From Auanema rhodensis (lineage: Eukaryota > Animalia > Nematoda): a stretch of DNA of 64,000 nt. Made by a program: the position numbers and the translations under genes. Below, piece by piece: positions 11,391-26,300 of the stretch. A model generated the notes under the pieces. The model made no database searches, had not been told where the DNA came from, and was given only the letters and a program-made list of their open reading frames with translations. The DNA lies in the NCBI GenBank assembly GCA_964057225.1, contig OZ059897.1, positions 19,034,001 to 19,098,000 of the forward strand, in the 5' to 3' direction. Each line of letters opens with the position of its first letter. Within the stretch, counting starts at the first letter, position 1.

Positions 11391-14300
11391 ACATTGAGAA
11401 ACGCTTAATACAAAAATTAGTTATGATCGTTTGAAAAATGATGCATTAGTGTATGTTGAGTTTCCATGTACACTCAACATTGCTTCCAAAAACATTTTGA
11501 CAAAAATTTTTTCGAAAAATTTCAAAATAATTTAGCAAAAAGTAGATGTTTTTAGATTCCTTTTTTCAAGGCAAAGACGATGGACAATGTTATTCAACGA
11601 AAAAATTATTTCTTCAGGGTGAAAATCGAGGATATAAGTGTGAACTTATATCAGTTGATATCTCGGTGCATTTTTAAGCTAGCGCAAATCTGATAACACA
11701 GATCGACGCAGCTTAAAAATCCGCATCGAATGCACTATACTACATTGAGAAACGCTTAATACAAAAATTAGTTATGATCGTTTGAAAAATGATGCATTAG
11801 TGTATGTTGAGTTTCCATGTACACTCAACATTGCTTCCAAAAACATTTTGACAAAAATTTTTTCGAAAAATTTCAAGATAATTTAGCAAAAAGTAGATGT
11901 TTTAAGATTCCATTTTTCAAAGCAAAGACGATGGACAATGTTATTCAACGAAAAAATTAATTCTTCAGGGTGAAAATCGAGGATATAAGTGTGAACTTAT
12001 ATCAGTTGATATCTCGGTGCATTTTTAAGCTAGCGCAAATCTGATAACACAGATCGACGCAGCTTAAAAATCCGCATCGAATGCACTATACTACATTGAG
12101 AAACGCTTAATACAAAAATTAGTTATGATCGTTTGAAAAATGATGCATTAGTGTATGTTGAGTTTCCATGTACACTCAACATTGCTTCCAAAAACATTTT
12201 GACAAAAATTTTTTCGAAAAATTTCAAAATAATTTAGCAAAAAGTAGATGTTTTTAGATTCCTTTTTTCAAGGCAAAGACGATGGACAATGTTATTCAAC
12301 GAAAAAATTATTTCTTCAGGGTGAAAATCGAGGATATAAGTGTGAACTTATATCAGTTGATATCTCGGTGCATTTTTAAGCTAGCGCAAATCTGATAACA
12401 CAGATCGACGCAGCTTAAAAATCCGCATCGAATGCACTATACTACATTGAGAAACGCGTGATACAAAAATTAGTTATGATCGTTTGAAAAATGATGCATT
12501 AGTGTATGTTGAGTTTCCATGTACACTCAACATTGCTTCCAAAAACATTTTGACAAAAATTTTTTCGAAAAATTTCAAAATAATTTAGCAAAAAGTAGAT
12601 GTTTTTAGATTCCTTTTTTCAAGGCAAAGACGATGGACAATGTTATTCAACGAAAAAATTATTTCTTCAGGGTGAAAATCGAGGATATAAGTGTGAACTT
12701 ATATCAGTTGATATCTCGGTGCATTTTTAAGCTAGCGCAAATCTGATAACACAGATCGACGCAGCTTAAAAATCCGCATCGAATGCACTATACTACATTG
12801 AGAAACGCGTGATACAAAAATTAGTTATGATCGTTTGAAAAATGATGCATTAGTGTATGTTGAGTTTCCATGTACACTCAACATTGCTTCCAAAAACATT
12901 TTGACAAAAATTTTTTCGAAAAATTTCAAAATAATTTAGCAAAAAGTAGATGTTTTTAGATTCCTTTTTTCAAGGCAAAGACGATGGACAATGTTATTCA
13001 ACGAAAAAATTATTTCTTCAGGGTGAAAATCGAGGATATAAGTGTGAACTTATATCAGTTGATATCTCGGTGCATTTTTAAGCTAGCGCAAATCTGATAA
13101 CACAGATCGACGCAGCTTAAAAATCCGCATCGAATGCACTATACTACATTGAAAAACGCTTGATACAAAAATTAGTTATGATCGTTTGAAAAATGATGCA
13201 TTAGTGTATGTTGAGTTTCCATGTACACTCAACATTGCTTCCAAAAACATTTTGACAAAAATTTTTTCGAAAAATTTCAAAATAATTTAGCAAAAAGTAG
13301 ATGTTTTTAGATTCCTTTTTTCAAGGCAAAGACGATGGACAATGTTATTCAACGAAAAAATTATTTCTTCAGGGTGAAAATCGAGGATATAAGTGTGAAC
13401 TTATATCAGTTGATATCTCGGTGCATTTTTAAGCTAGCGCAAATCTGATAACACAGATCGACGCAGCTTAAAAATCCGCATCGAATGCACTATACTACAT
13501 TGAAAAACGCTTGATACAAAAATTAGTTATGATCGTTTGAAAAATGATGCATTAGTGTATGTTGAGTTTCCATGTACACTCAACATTGCTTCCAAAAACA
13601 TTTCGACAAAAATTTTTTCGAAAAATTTCAAAATAATTTAGCAAAAAGTAGATGTTTTTAGATTCCATTTTTCAAGGCAAAGACGATAGACAATGTTATT
13701 CAACGAAAAAATTAATTCTTCAGGGTGAAAATCGAGGATATAAGTGTGAACTTATATCAGTTGATATCTCGGTGCATTTTTAAGCTAGCGCAAATCTGAT
13801 AACACAGATCGACGCAGCTTAAAAATCCGCATCGAATGCACTATACTACATTGAGAAACGCGTGATACAAAAATTAGTTATGATCGTTTGAAAAATGATG
13901 CATTAGTGTATGTTGAGTTTCCATGTACACTCAACATTGCTTCCAAAAACATTTTGACAAAAATTTTTTCGAAAAATTTCAAAATAATTTAGCAAAAAGT
14001 AGATGTTTTTAGATTCCTTTTTTCAAGGCAAAGACGATGGACAATGTTATTCAACGAAAAAATTATTTCTTCAGGGTGAAAATCGAGGATATAAGTGTGA
14101 ACTTATATCAGTTGATATCTCGGTGCATTTTTAAGCTAGCGCAAATCTGATAACACAGATCGACGCAGCTTAAAAATCCGCATCGAATGCACTATACTAC
14201 ATTGAGAAACGCGTGATACAAAAATTAGTTATGATCGTTTGAAAAATGATGCATTAGTGTATGTTGAGTTTCCATGTACACTCAACATTGCTTCCAAAAA

Positions 14301-17300
14301 CATTTTGACAAAAATTTTTTCGAAAAATTTCAAGATAATTTAGCAAAAAGTAGATGTTTTAAGATTCCATTTTTCAAAGCAAAGACGATGGACAATGTTA
14401 TTCAACGAAAAAATTAATTCTTCAGGGTGAAAATCGAGGATATAAGTGTGAACTTATATCAGTTGATATCTCGGTGCATTTTTAAGCTAGCGCAAATCTG
14501 ATAACACAGATCGACGCAGCTTAAAAATCCGCATCGAATGCACTATACTACATTGAGAAACGCTTAATACAAAAATTAGTTATGATCGTTTGAAAAATGA
14601 TGCATTAGTGTATGTTGAGTTTCCATGTACACTCAACATTGCTTCCAAAAACATTTTGACAAAAATTTTTTCGAAAAATTTCAAAATAATTTAGCAAAAA
14701 GTAGATGTTTTTAGATTCCTTTTTTCAAGGCAAAGACGATGGACAATGTTATTCAACGAAAAAATTATTTCTTCAGGGTGAAAATCGAGGATATAAGTGT
14801 GAACTTATATCAGTTGATATCTCGGTGCATTTTTAAGCTAGCGCAAATCTGATAACACAGATCGACGCAGCTTAAAAATCCGCATCGAATGCACTATACT
14901 ACATTGAGAAACGCGTGATACAAAAATTAGTTATGATCGTTTGAAAAATGATGCATTAGTGTATGTTGAGTTTCCATGTACACTCAACATTGCTTCCAAA
15001 AACATTTTGACAAAAATTTTTTCGAAAAATTTCAAAATAATTTAGCAAAAAGTAGATGTTTTTAGATTCCTTTTTTCAAGGCAAAGACGATGGACAATGT
15101 TATTCAACGAAAAAATTATTTCTTCAGGGTGAAAATCGAGGATATAAGTGTGAACTTATATCAGTTGATATCTCGGTGCATTTTTAAGCTAGCGCAAATC
15201 TGATAACACAGATCGACGCAGCTTAAAAATCCGCATCGAATGCACTATACTACATTGAGAAACGCGTGATACAAAAATTAGTTATGATCGTTTGAAAAAT
15301 GATGCATTAGTGTATGTTGAGTTTCCATGTACACTCAACATTGCTTCCAAAAACATTTTGACAAAAATTTTTTCGAAAAATTTCAAAATAATTTAGCAAA
15401 AAGTAGATGTTTTTAGATTCCTTTTTTCAAGGCAAAGACGATGGACAATGTTATTCAACGAAAAAATTATTTCTTCAGGGTGAAAATCGAGGATATAAGT
15501 GTGAACTTATATCAATTGATATCTCGGTGCATTTTTAAGCTAGCGCAAATCTGATAACACAGATCGACGCAGCTTAAAAATCCGCATCGAATGCACTATA
15601 CTACATTGAAAAACGCTTGATACAAAAATTAGTTATGATCGTTTGAAAAATGATGCATTAGTGTATGTTGAGTTTCCATGTACACTCAACATTGCTTCCA
15701 AAAACATTTCGACAAAAATTTTTTCGAAAAATTTCAAAATAATTTAGCAAAAAGTAGATGTTTTTAGATTCCATTTTTCAAGGCAAAGACGATAGACAAT
15801 GTTATTCAACGAAAAAATTAATTCTTCAGGGTGAAAATCGAGGATATAAGTGTGAACTTATATCAGTTGATATCTCGGTGCATTTTTAAGCTAGCGCAAA
15901 TCTGATAACACAGATCGACGCAGCTTAAAAATCCGCATCGAATGCACTATACTACATTGAGAAACGCTTAATACAAAAATTAGTTATGATCGTTTGAAAA
16001 ATGATGCATTAGTGTATGTTGAGTTTCCATGTACACTCAACATTGCTTCCAAAAACATTTTGACAAAAATTTTTTCGAAAAATTTCAAAATAATTTAGCA
16101 AAAAGTAGATGTTTTTAGATTCCTTTTTTCAAGGCAAAAACGATGGACAATGTTATTCAACGAAAAAATTATTTCTTCAGGGTGAAAATCGAGGATATAA
16201 GTGTGAACTTATATCAGTTGATATCTCGGTGCATTTTTAAGCTAGCGCAAATCTGATAACACAGATCGACGCAGCTTAAAAATCCGGATCGAATGCACTA
16301 TACTACATTAAGAAACACTTGATACAAAAATTAGTTATGATCGTTTGAAAAATGATGCATTAGTGTATGTTGAGTTTCCATGTACACTCAACATTGCTTC
16401 CAAAAACATTTTGACAAAAATTTTTTCGAAAAATTTCAAAATAATTTAGCAAAAAGTAGATGTTTTAAGATTCCATTTTTCAAGGCAAAGACGATGGACA
16501 ATGTTATTCAACGAAAAAATCAATTCTTCAGGGTGAAAATCGAGGATATAAGTGTGAACTTATATCAGTTGATATCTCGGTGCATTTTTAAGCTAGCGCA
16601 AATCTGATAACACAGATCGACGCAGCTTAAAAATCCGCATCGAATGCACTATACTACATTGAGAAACGCTTAATACAAAAATTAGTTATGATCGTTTGAA
16701 AAATGATGCATTAGTGTATGTTGAGTTTCCATGTACACTCAACATTGCTTCCAAAAACATTTTGACAAAAATTTTTTCGAAAAATTTCAAAATAATTTAG
16801 CAAAAAGTAGATGTTTTTAGATTCCTTTTTTCAAGGCAAAAACGATGGACAATGTTATTCAACGAAAAAATTATTTCTTCAGGGTGAAAATCGAGGATAT
16901 AAGTGTGAACTTATATCAGTTGATATCTCGGTGCATTTTTAAGCTAGCGCAAATCTGATAACACAGATCGACGCAGCTTAAAAATCCGGATCGAATGCAC
17001 TATACTACATTAAGAAACACTTGATACAAAAATTAGTTATGATCGTTTGAAAAATGATGCATTAGTGTATGTTGAGTTTCCATGTACACTCAACATTGCT
17101 TCCAAAAACATTTTGACAAAAATTTTTTCGAAAAATTTCAAAATAATTTAGCAAAAAGTAGATGTTTTAAGATTCCATTTTTCAAGGCAAAGACGATGGA
17201 CAATGTTATTCAACGAAAAAATCAATTCTTCAGGGTGAAAATCGAGGATATAAGTGTGAACTTATATCAGTTGATATCTCGGTGCATTTTTAAGCTAGCG

Positions 17301-20300
17301 CAAATCTGATAACACAGATCGACGCAGCTTAAAAATCCGGATCGAATGCACTATACTACATTAAAAAACACTTGATACAAAAATTAGTTATGATCGTTTG
17401 AAAAATGATGCATTAGTGTATGTTGAGTTTCCATGTACACTCAACATTGCTTCCAAAAACATTTTGACAAAAATTTTTTCGAAAAATTTCAAAATAATTT
17501 AGCAAAAAGTAGATGTTTTAAGATTCCATTTTTCAAGGCAAAGACGATGGACAATGTTATTCAACGAAAAAATCAATTCTTCAGGGTGAAAATCGAGGAT
17601 ATAAGTGTGAACTTATATCAGTTGATATCTCGGTGCATTTTTAAGCTAGCGCAAATCTGATAACACAGATCGACGCAGCTTAAAAATCCGCATCGAATGC
17701 ACTATACTACATTGAGAAACGCTTAATACAAAAATTAGTTATGATCGTTTGAAAAATGATGCATTAGTGTATGTTGAGTTTCCATGTACACTCAACATTG
17801 CTTCCAAAAACATTTTGACAAAAATTTTTTCGAAAAATTTCAAAATAATTTAGCAAAAAGTAGATGTTTTAAGATTCCATTTTTCAAGGCAAAGACGATG
17901 GACAATGTTATTCAACGAAAAAATTAATTCTTCAGGGTGAAAATCGAGGATATAAGTGTGAACTTATATCAGTTGATATCTCGGTGCATTTTTAAGCTAG
18001 CGCAAATCTGATAACACAGATCGACGCAGCTTAAAAATCCGCATCGAATGCACTATACTACATTGAGAAACGCGTGATACAAAAATTAGTTATGATCGTT
18101 TGAAAAATGATGCATTAGTGTATGTTGAGTTTCCATGTACACTCAACATTGCTTCCAAAAACATTTTGACAAAAATTTTTTCGAAAAATTTCAAAATAAT
18201 TTAGCAAAAAGTAGATGTTTTTAGATTCCTATTTTCAAGGCAAAGACGATGGACAATGTTATTCAACGAAAAAATTATTTCTTCAGGGTGAAAATCGAGG
18301 ATATAAGTGTGAACTTATATCAGTTGATATCTCGGTGCATTTTTAAGCTAGCGCAAATCTGATAACACAGATCGACGCAGCTTAAAAATCCGCATCGAAT
18401 GCACTATACTACATTGAAAAACGCTTGATACAAAAATTAGTTATGATCGTTTGAAAAATGATGCATTAGTGTATGTTGAGTTTCCATGTACACTCAACAT
18501 TGCTTCCAAAAACATTTTGACAAAAATTTTTTCGAAAAATTTCAAAATAATTTAGCAAAAAGTAGATGTTTTTAGATTCCTTTTTTCAAGGCAAAGACGA
18601 TGGACAATGTTATTCAACGAAAAAATTATTTCTTCAGGGTGAAAATCGAGGATATAAGTGTGAACTTATATCAGTTGATATCTCGGTGCATTTTTAAGCT
18701 AGCGCAAATCTGATAACACAGATCGACGCAGCTTAAAAATCCGCATCGAATGCACTATACTACATTGAAAAACGCTTGATACAAAAATTAGTTATGATCG
18801 TTTGAAAAATGATGCATTAGTGTATGTTGAGTTTCCATGTACACTCAACATTGCTTCCAAAAACATTTCGACAAAAATTTTTTCGAAAAATTTCAAAATA
18901 ATTTAGCAAAAAGTAGATGTTTTTAGATTCCATTTCTCAAGGCAAAGACGATAGACAATGTTATTCAACGAAAAAATTAATTCTTCAGGGTGAAAATCGA
19001 GGATATAAGTGTGAACTTATATCAGTTGATATCTCGGTGCATTTTTAAGCTAGCGCAAATCTGATAACACAGATCGACGCAGCTTAAAAATCCGGATCGA
19101 ATGCACTATACTACATTAAGAAACACTTGATACAAAAATTAGTTATGATCGTTTGAAAAATGATGCATTAGTGTATGTTGAGTTTCCATGTACACTCAAC
19201 ATTGCTTCCAAAAACATTTTGACAAAAATTTTTTCGAAAAATTTCGAAATAATTTAGAAAAAGTAGATGTTTTAAGATTCCATTTTTCAAGGCAAAGACG
19301 ATGGACAATGTTATTCAACGAAAAAATCAATTCTTCAGGGTGAAAATCGAGGATATAAGTGTGAACTTATATCAGTTGATATCTCGGTGCATTTTTAAGC
19401 TAGCGCAAATCTGATAACACAGATCGACGCAGCTTAAAAATCCGCATCGAATGCACTATACTACATTGAGAAACGCTTAATACAAAAATTAGTTATGATC
19501 GTTTGAAAAATGATGCATTAGTGTATGTTGAGTTTCCATGTACACTCAACATTGCTTCCAAAAACATTTTGACAAAAATTTTTTCGAAAAATTTCAAAAT
19601 AATTTAGCAAAAAGTAGATGTTTTAAGATTCCATTTTTCAAGGCAAAGACGATGGACAATGTTATTCAACGAAAAAATTAATTCTTCAGGGTGAAAATCG
19701 AGGATATAAGTGTGAACTTATATTAGTTGATATCTCGGTGCATTTTTAAGCTAGCGCAAATCTGATAACACAGATCGACGCAGCTTAAAAATCCGCATCG
19801 AATGCACTATACTACATTGAGAAACGCGTGATACAAAAATTAGTTATGATCGTTTGAAAAATGATGCATTAGTGTATGTTGAGTTTCCATGTACACTCAA
19901 CATTGCTTCCAAAAACATTTTGACAAAAATTTTTTCGAAAAATTTCAAAATAATTTAGCAAAAAGTAGATGTTTTTAGATTCCTATTTTCAAGGCAAAGA
20001 CGATGGACAATGTTATTCAACGAAAAAATTATTTCTTCAGGGTGAAAATCGAGGATATAAGTGTGAACTTATATCAGTTGATATCTCGGTGCATTTTTAA
20101 GCTAGCGCAAATCTGATAACACAGATCGACGCAGCTTAAAAATCCGCATCGAATGCACTATACTACATTGAAAAACGCTTGATACAAAAATTAGTTATGA
20201 TCGTTTGAAAAATGATGCATTAGTGTATGTTGAGTTTCCATGTACACTCAACATTGCTTCCAAAAACATTTTGACAAAAATTTTTTCGAAAAATTTCAAA

Positions 20301-23300
20301 ATAATTTAGCAAAAAGTAGATGTTTTTAGATTCCATTTCTCAAGGCAAAGACGATAGACAATGTTATTCAACGAAAAAATTAATTCTTCAGGGTGAAAAT
20401 CGAGGATATAAGTGTGAACTTATATCAGTTGATATCTCGGTGCATTTTTAAGCTAGCGCAAATCTGATAACACAGATCGACGCAGCTTAAAAATCCGCAT
20501 CGAATGCACTATACTACATTGAGAAACGCTTAATACAAAAATTAGTTATGATCGTTTGAAAAATGATGCATTAGTGTATGTTGAGTTTCCATGTACACTC
20601 AACATTGCTTCCAAAAACATTTTGACAAAAATTTTTTCGAAAAATTTCAAAATAATTTAGCAAAAAGTAGATGTTTTTAAATTCCTTTTTTCAAGGCAAA
20701 AACGATGGACAATGTTATTCAACGAAAAAATTATTTCTTCAGGGTGAAAATCGAGGATATAAGTGTGAACTTATATCAGTTGATATCTCGGTGCATTTTT
20801 AAGCTAGCGCAAATCTGATAACACAGATCGACGCAGCTTAAAAATCCGGATCGAATGCACTATACTACATTAAGAAACACTTGATACAAAAATTAGTTAT
20901 GATCGTTTGAAAAATGATGCATTAGTGTATGTTGAGTTTCCATGTACACTCAACATTGCTTCCAAAAACATTTTGACAAAAATTTTTTCGAAAAATTTCA
21001 AAATAATTTAGCAAAAAGTAGATGTTTTTAGATTCCATTTCTCAAGGCAAAGACGATAGACAATGTTATTCAACGAAAAAATTAATTCTTCAGGGTGAAA
21101 ATCGAGGATATAAGTGTGAACTTATATCAGTTGATATCTCAGTGCATTTTTAAGCTAGCGCAAATCTGATAACACAGATCGACGCAGCTTAAAAATCCGC
21201 ATCGAATGCACTATACTACATTGAGAAACGCTTAATACAAAAATTAGTTATGATCGTTTGAAAAATGATGCATTAGTGTATGTTGAGTTTCCATGTACAC
21301 TCAACATTGCTTCCAAAAACATTTTGACAAAAATTTTTTCGAAAAATTTCAAAATAATTTAGCAAAAAGTAGATGTTTTTAGATTCCTTTTTTCAAGGCA
21401 AAAACGATGGACAATGTTATTCAACGAAAAAATTATTTCTTCAGGGTGAAAATCGAGGATATAAGTGTGAACTTATATCAGTTGATATCTCGGTGCATTT
21501 TTAAGCTAGCGCAAATCTGATAACACAGATCGACGCAGCTTAAAAATCCGGATCGAATGCACTATACTACATTAAGAAACACTTGATACAAAAATTAGTT
21601 ATGATCGTTTGAAAAATGATGCATTAGTGTATGTTGAGTTTCCATGTACACTCAACATTGCTTCCAAAAACATTTTGACAAAAATTTTTTCGAAAAATTT
21701 CAAAATAATTTAGCAAAAAGTAGATGTTTTTAAATTCCTTTTTTCAAGGCAAAAACGATGGACAATGTTATTCAACGAAAAAATTATTTCTTCAGGGTGA
21801 AAATCGAGGATATAAGTGTGAACTTATATCAGTTGATATCTCGGTGCATTTTTAAGCTAGCGCAAATCTGATAACACAGATCGACGCAGCTTAAAAATCC
21901 GGATCGAATGCACTATACTACATTAAGAAACACTTGATACAAAAATTAGTTATGATCGTTTGAAAAATGATGCATTAGTGTATGTTGAGTTTCCATGTAC
22001 ACTCAACATTGCTTCCAAAAACATTTTGACAAAAATTTTTTCGAAAAATTTCAAAATAATTTAGCAAAAAGTAGATGTTTTTAGATTCCATTTCTCAAGG
22101 CAAAGACGATAGACAATGTTATTCAACGAAAAAATTAATTCTTCAGGGTGAAAATCGAGGATATAAGTGTGAACTTATATCAGTTGATATCTCAGTGCAT
22201 TTTTAAGCTAGCGCAAATCTGATAACACAGATCGACGCTGCTTAAAAATCCGCATCGAATGCACTATACTACATTGAGAAACGCTTAATACAAAAATTAG
22301 TTATGATCGTTTGAAAAATGATGCATTAGTGTATGTTGAGTTTCCATGTACACTCAACATTGCTTCCAAAAACATTTTGACAAAAATTTTTTCGAAAAAT
22401 TTCAAAATAATTTAGCAAAAAGTAGATGTTTTTAGATTCCTTTTTTCAAGGCAAAAACGATGGACAATGTTATTCAACGAAAAAATTATTTCTTCAGGGT
22501 GAAAATCGAGGATATAAGTGTGAACTTATATCAGTTGATATCTCGGTGCATTTTTAAGCTAGCGCAAATCTGATAACACAGATCGACGCAGCTTAAAAAT
22601 CCGGATCGAATGCACTATACTACATTAAGAAACACTTGATACAAAAATTAGTTATGATCGTTTGAAAAATGATGCATTAGTGTATGTTGAGTTTCCATGT
22701 ACACTCAACATTGCTTCCAAAAACATTTTGACAAAAATTTTTTCGAAAAATTTCAAAATAATTTAGCAAAAAGTAGATGTTTTAAGATTCCATTTTTCAA
22801 GGCAAAGACGATGGACAATGTTATTCAACGAAAAAATTAATTCTTCAGGGTGAAAATCGAGGATATAAGTGTGAACTTATATCAGTTGATATCTCGGTGC
22901 ATTTTTAAGCTAGCGCAAATCTGATAACACAGATCGACGCAGCTTAAAAATCCGCATCGAATGCACTATACTACATTGAGAAACGCTCAATACAAAAATT
23001 AGTTATGATCGTTTGAAAAATGATGCATTAGTGTATGTTGAGTTTCCATGTACACTCAACATTGCTTCCAAAAACATTTTGACAAAAATTTTTTCGAAAA
23101 ATTTCAAAATAATTTAGCAAAAAGTAGATGTTTTTAGATTCCTTTTTTCAAGGCAAAGACGATGGACAATGTTATTCAACGAAAAAATTATTTCTTCAGG
23201 GTGAAAATCGAGGATATAAGTGTGAACTTATATCAGTTGATATCTCGGTGCATTTTTAAGCTAGCGCAAATCTGATAACACAGATCGACGCAGCTTAAAA

Positions 23301-26300
23301 ATCCGGATCGAATGCACTGTACTACATTAAGAAACGCTTAATACAAAAATTAGTTATGATCGTTTGAAAAATGATGCATTAGTGTATGTTGAGTTTCCAT
23401 GTACACTCAACATTGCTTCCAAAAACATTTCGACAAAAATTTTTTCGAAAAATTTCAAAATAATTTAGCAAAAAGTAGATGTTTTTAGATTCCATTTCTC
23501 AAGGCAAAGACGATAGACAATGTTATTCAACGAAAAAATTAATTCTTCAGGGTGAAAATCGAGGATATAAGTGTGAACTTATATCAGTTGATATCTCGGT
23601 GCATTTTTAAGCTAGCGCAAATCTGATAACACAGATCGACGCAGCTTAAAAATCCGCATCGAATGCACTATACTACATTGAGAAACGCTTAATACAAAAA
23701 TTAGTTATGATCGTTTGAAAAATGATGCATTAGTGTATGTTGAGTTTCCATGTACACTCAACATTGCTTCCAAAAACATTTTGACAAAAATTTTTTCGAA
23801 AAATTTCAAAATAATTTAGCAAAAAGTAGATGTTTTTAGATTCCTTTTTTCAAGGCAAAAACGATGGACAATGTTATTCAACGAAAAAATTATTTCTTCA
23901 GGGTGAAAATCGAGGATATAAGTGTGAACTTATATCAGTTGATATCTCGGTGCATTTTTAAGCTAGCGCAAATCTGATAACACAGATCGACGCAGCTTAA
24001 AAATCCGGATCGAATGCACTATACTACATTAAGAAACACTTGATACAAAAATTAGTTATGATCGTTTGAAAAATGATGCATTAGTGTATGTTGAGTTTCC
24101 ATGTACACTCAACATTGCTTCCAAAAACATTTTGACAAAAATTTTTTCGAAAAATTTCAAAATAATTTAGCAAAAAGTAGATGTTTTTAGATTCCATTTC
24201 TCAAGGCAAAGACGATAGACAATGTTATTCAACGAAAAAATTAATTCTTCAGGGTGAAAATCGAGGATATAAGTGTGAACTTATATCAGTTGATATCTCA
24301 GTGCATTTTTAAGCTAGCGCAAATCTGATAACACAGATCGACGCAGCTTAAAAATCCGCATCGAATGCACTATACTACATTGAGAAACGCTTAATACAAA
24401 AATTAGTTATGATCGTTTGAAAAATGATGCATTAGTGTATGTTGAGTTTCCATGTACACTCAACATTGCTTCCAAAAACATTTTGACAAAAATTTTTTCG
24501 AAAAATTTCAAAATAATTTAGCAAAAAGTAGATGTTTTTAGATTCCTTTTTTCAAGGCAAAAACGATGGACAATGTTATTCAACGAAAAAATTATTTCTT
24601 CAGGGTGAAAATCGAGGATATAAGTGTGAACTTATATCAGTTGATATCTCGGTGCATTTTTAAGCTAGCGCAAATCTGATAACACAGATCGACGCAGCTT
24701 AAAAATCCGGATCGAATGCACTATACTACATTAAGAAACACTTGATACAAAAATTAGTTATGATCGTTTGAAAAATGATGCATTAGTGTATGTTGAGTTT
24801 CCATGTACACTCAACATTGCTTCCAAAAACATTTTGACAAAAATTTTTTCGAAAAATTTCAAAATAATTTAGCAAAAAGTAGATGTTTTAAGATTCCATT
24901 TTTCAAGACAAAGACGATGGACAATGTTATTCAACGAAAAAATTAATTCTTCAGGGTGAAAATCGAGGATATAAGTGTGAACTTATATCAGTTGATATCT
25001 CGGTGCATTTTTAAGCTAGCGCAAATCTGATAACACAGATCGACGCAGCTTAAAAATCCGCATCGAATGCACTATACTACATTGAGAAACGCTTAATACA
25101 AAAATTAGTTATGATCGTTTGAAAAATGATGCATTAGTGTATGTTGAGTTTCCATGTACACTCAACATTGCTTCCAAAAACATTTTGACAAAAATTTTTT
25201 CGAAAAATTTCAAAATAATTTAGCAAAAAGTAGATGTTTTTAGATTCCTTTTTTCAAGGCAAAGACGATGGACAATGTTATTCAACGAAAAAATTATTTC
25301 TTCAGGGTGAAAATCGAGGATATAAGTGTGAACTTATATCAGTTGATATCTCGGTGCATTTTTAAGCTAGCGCAAATCTGATAACACAGATCGACGCAGC
25401 TTAAAAATCCGCATCGAATGCACTATACTACATTGAGAAACGCGTGATACAAAAATTAGTTATGATCGTTTGAAAAATGATGCATTAGTGTATGTTGAGT
25501 TTCCATGTACACTCAACATTGCTTCCAAAAACATTTTGACAAAAATTTTTTCGAAAAATTTCAAAATAATTTAGCAAAAAGTAGATGTTTTTAGATTCCT
25601 TTTTTCAAGGCAAAGACGATGGACATTGTTATTCAACGAAAAAATTATTTCTTCAGGGTGAAAATCGAGGATATAAGTGTGAACTTATATCAGTTGATAT
25701 CTCGGTGCATTTTTAAGCTAGCGCAAATCTGATAACACAGATCGACGCAGCTTAAAAATCCGCATCGAATGCACTATACTACATTGAAAAACGCTTGATA
25801 CAAAAATTAGTTATGATCGTTTGAAAAATGATGCATTAGTGTATGTTGAGTTTCCATGTACACTCAACATTGCTTCCAAAAACATTTCGACAAAAATTTT
25901 TTCGAAAAATTTCAAAATAATTTAGCAAAAAGTAGATGTTTTTAGATTCCTTTTTTCAAGGCAAAAACGATGGACAATGTTATTCAACGAAAAAATTATT
26001 TCTTCAGGGTGAAAATCGAGGATATAAGTGTGAACTTATATCAGTTGATATCTCGGTGCATTTTTAAGCTAGCGCAAATCTGATAACACAGATCGACGCA
26101 GCTTAAAAATCCGGATCGAATGCACTATACTACATTAAGAAACACTTGATACAAAAATTAGTTATGATCGTTTGAAAAATGATGCATTAGTGTATGTTGA
26201 GTTTCCATGTACACTCAACATTGCTTCCAAAAACATTTTGACAAAAATTTTTTCGAAAAATTTCAAAATAATTTAGCAAAAAGTAGATGTTTTTAGATTC

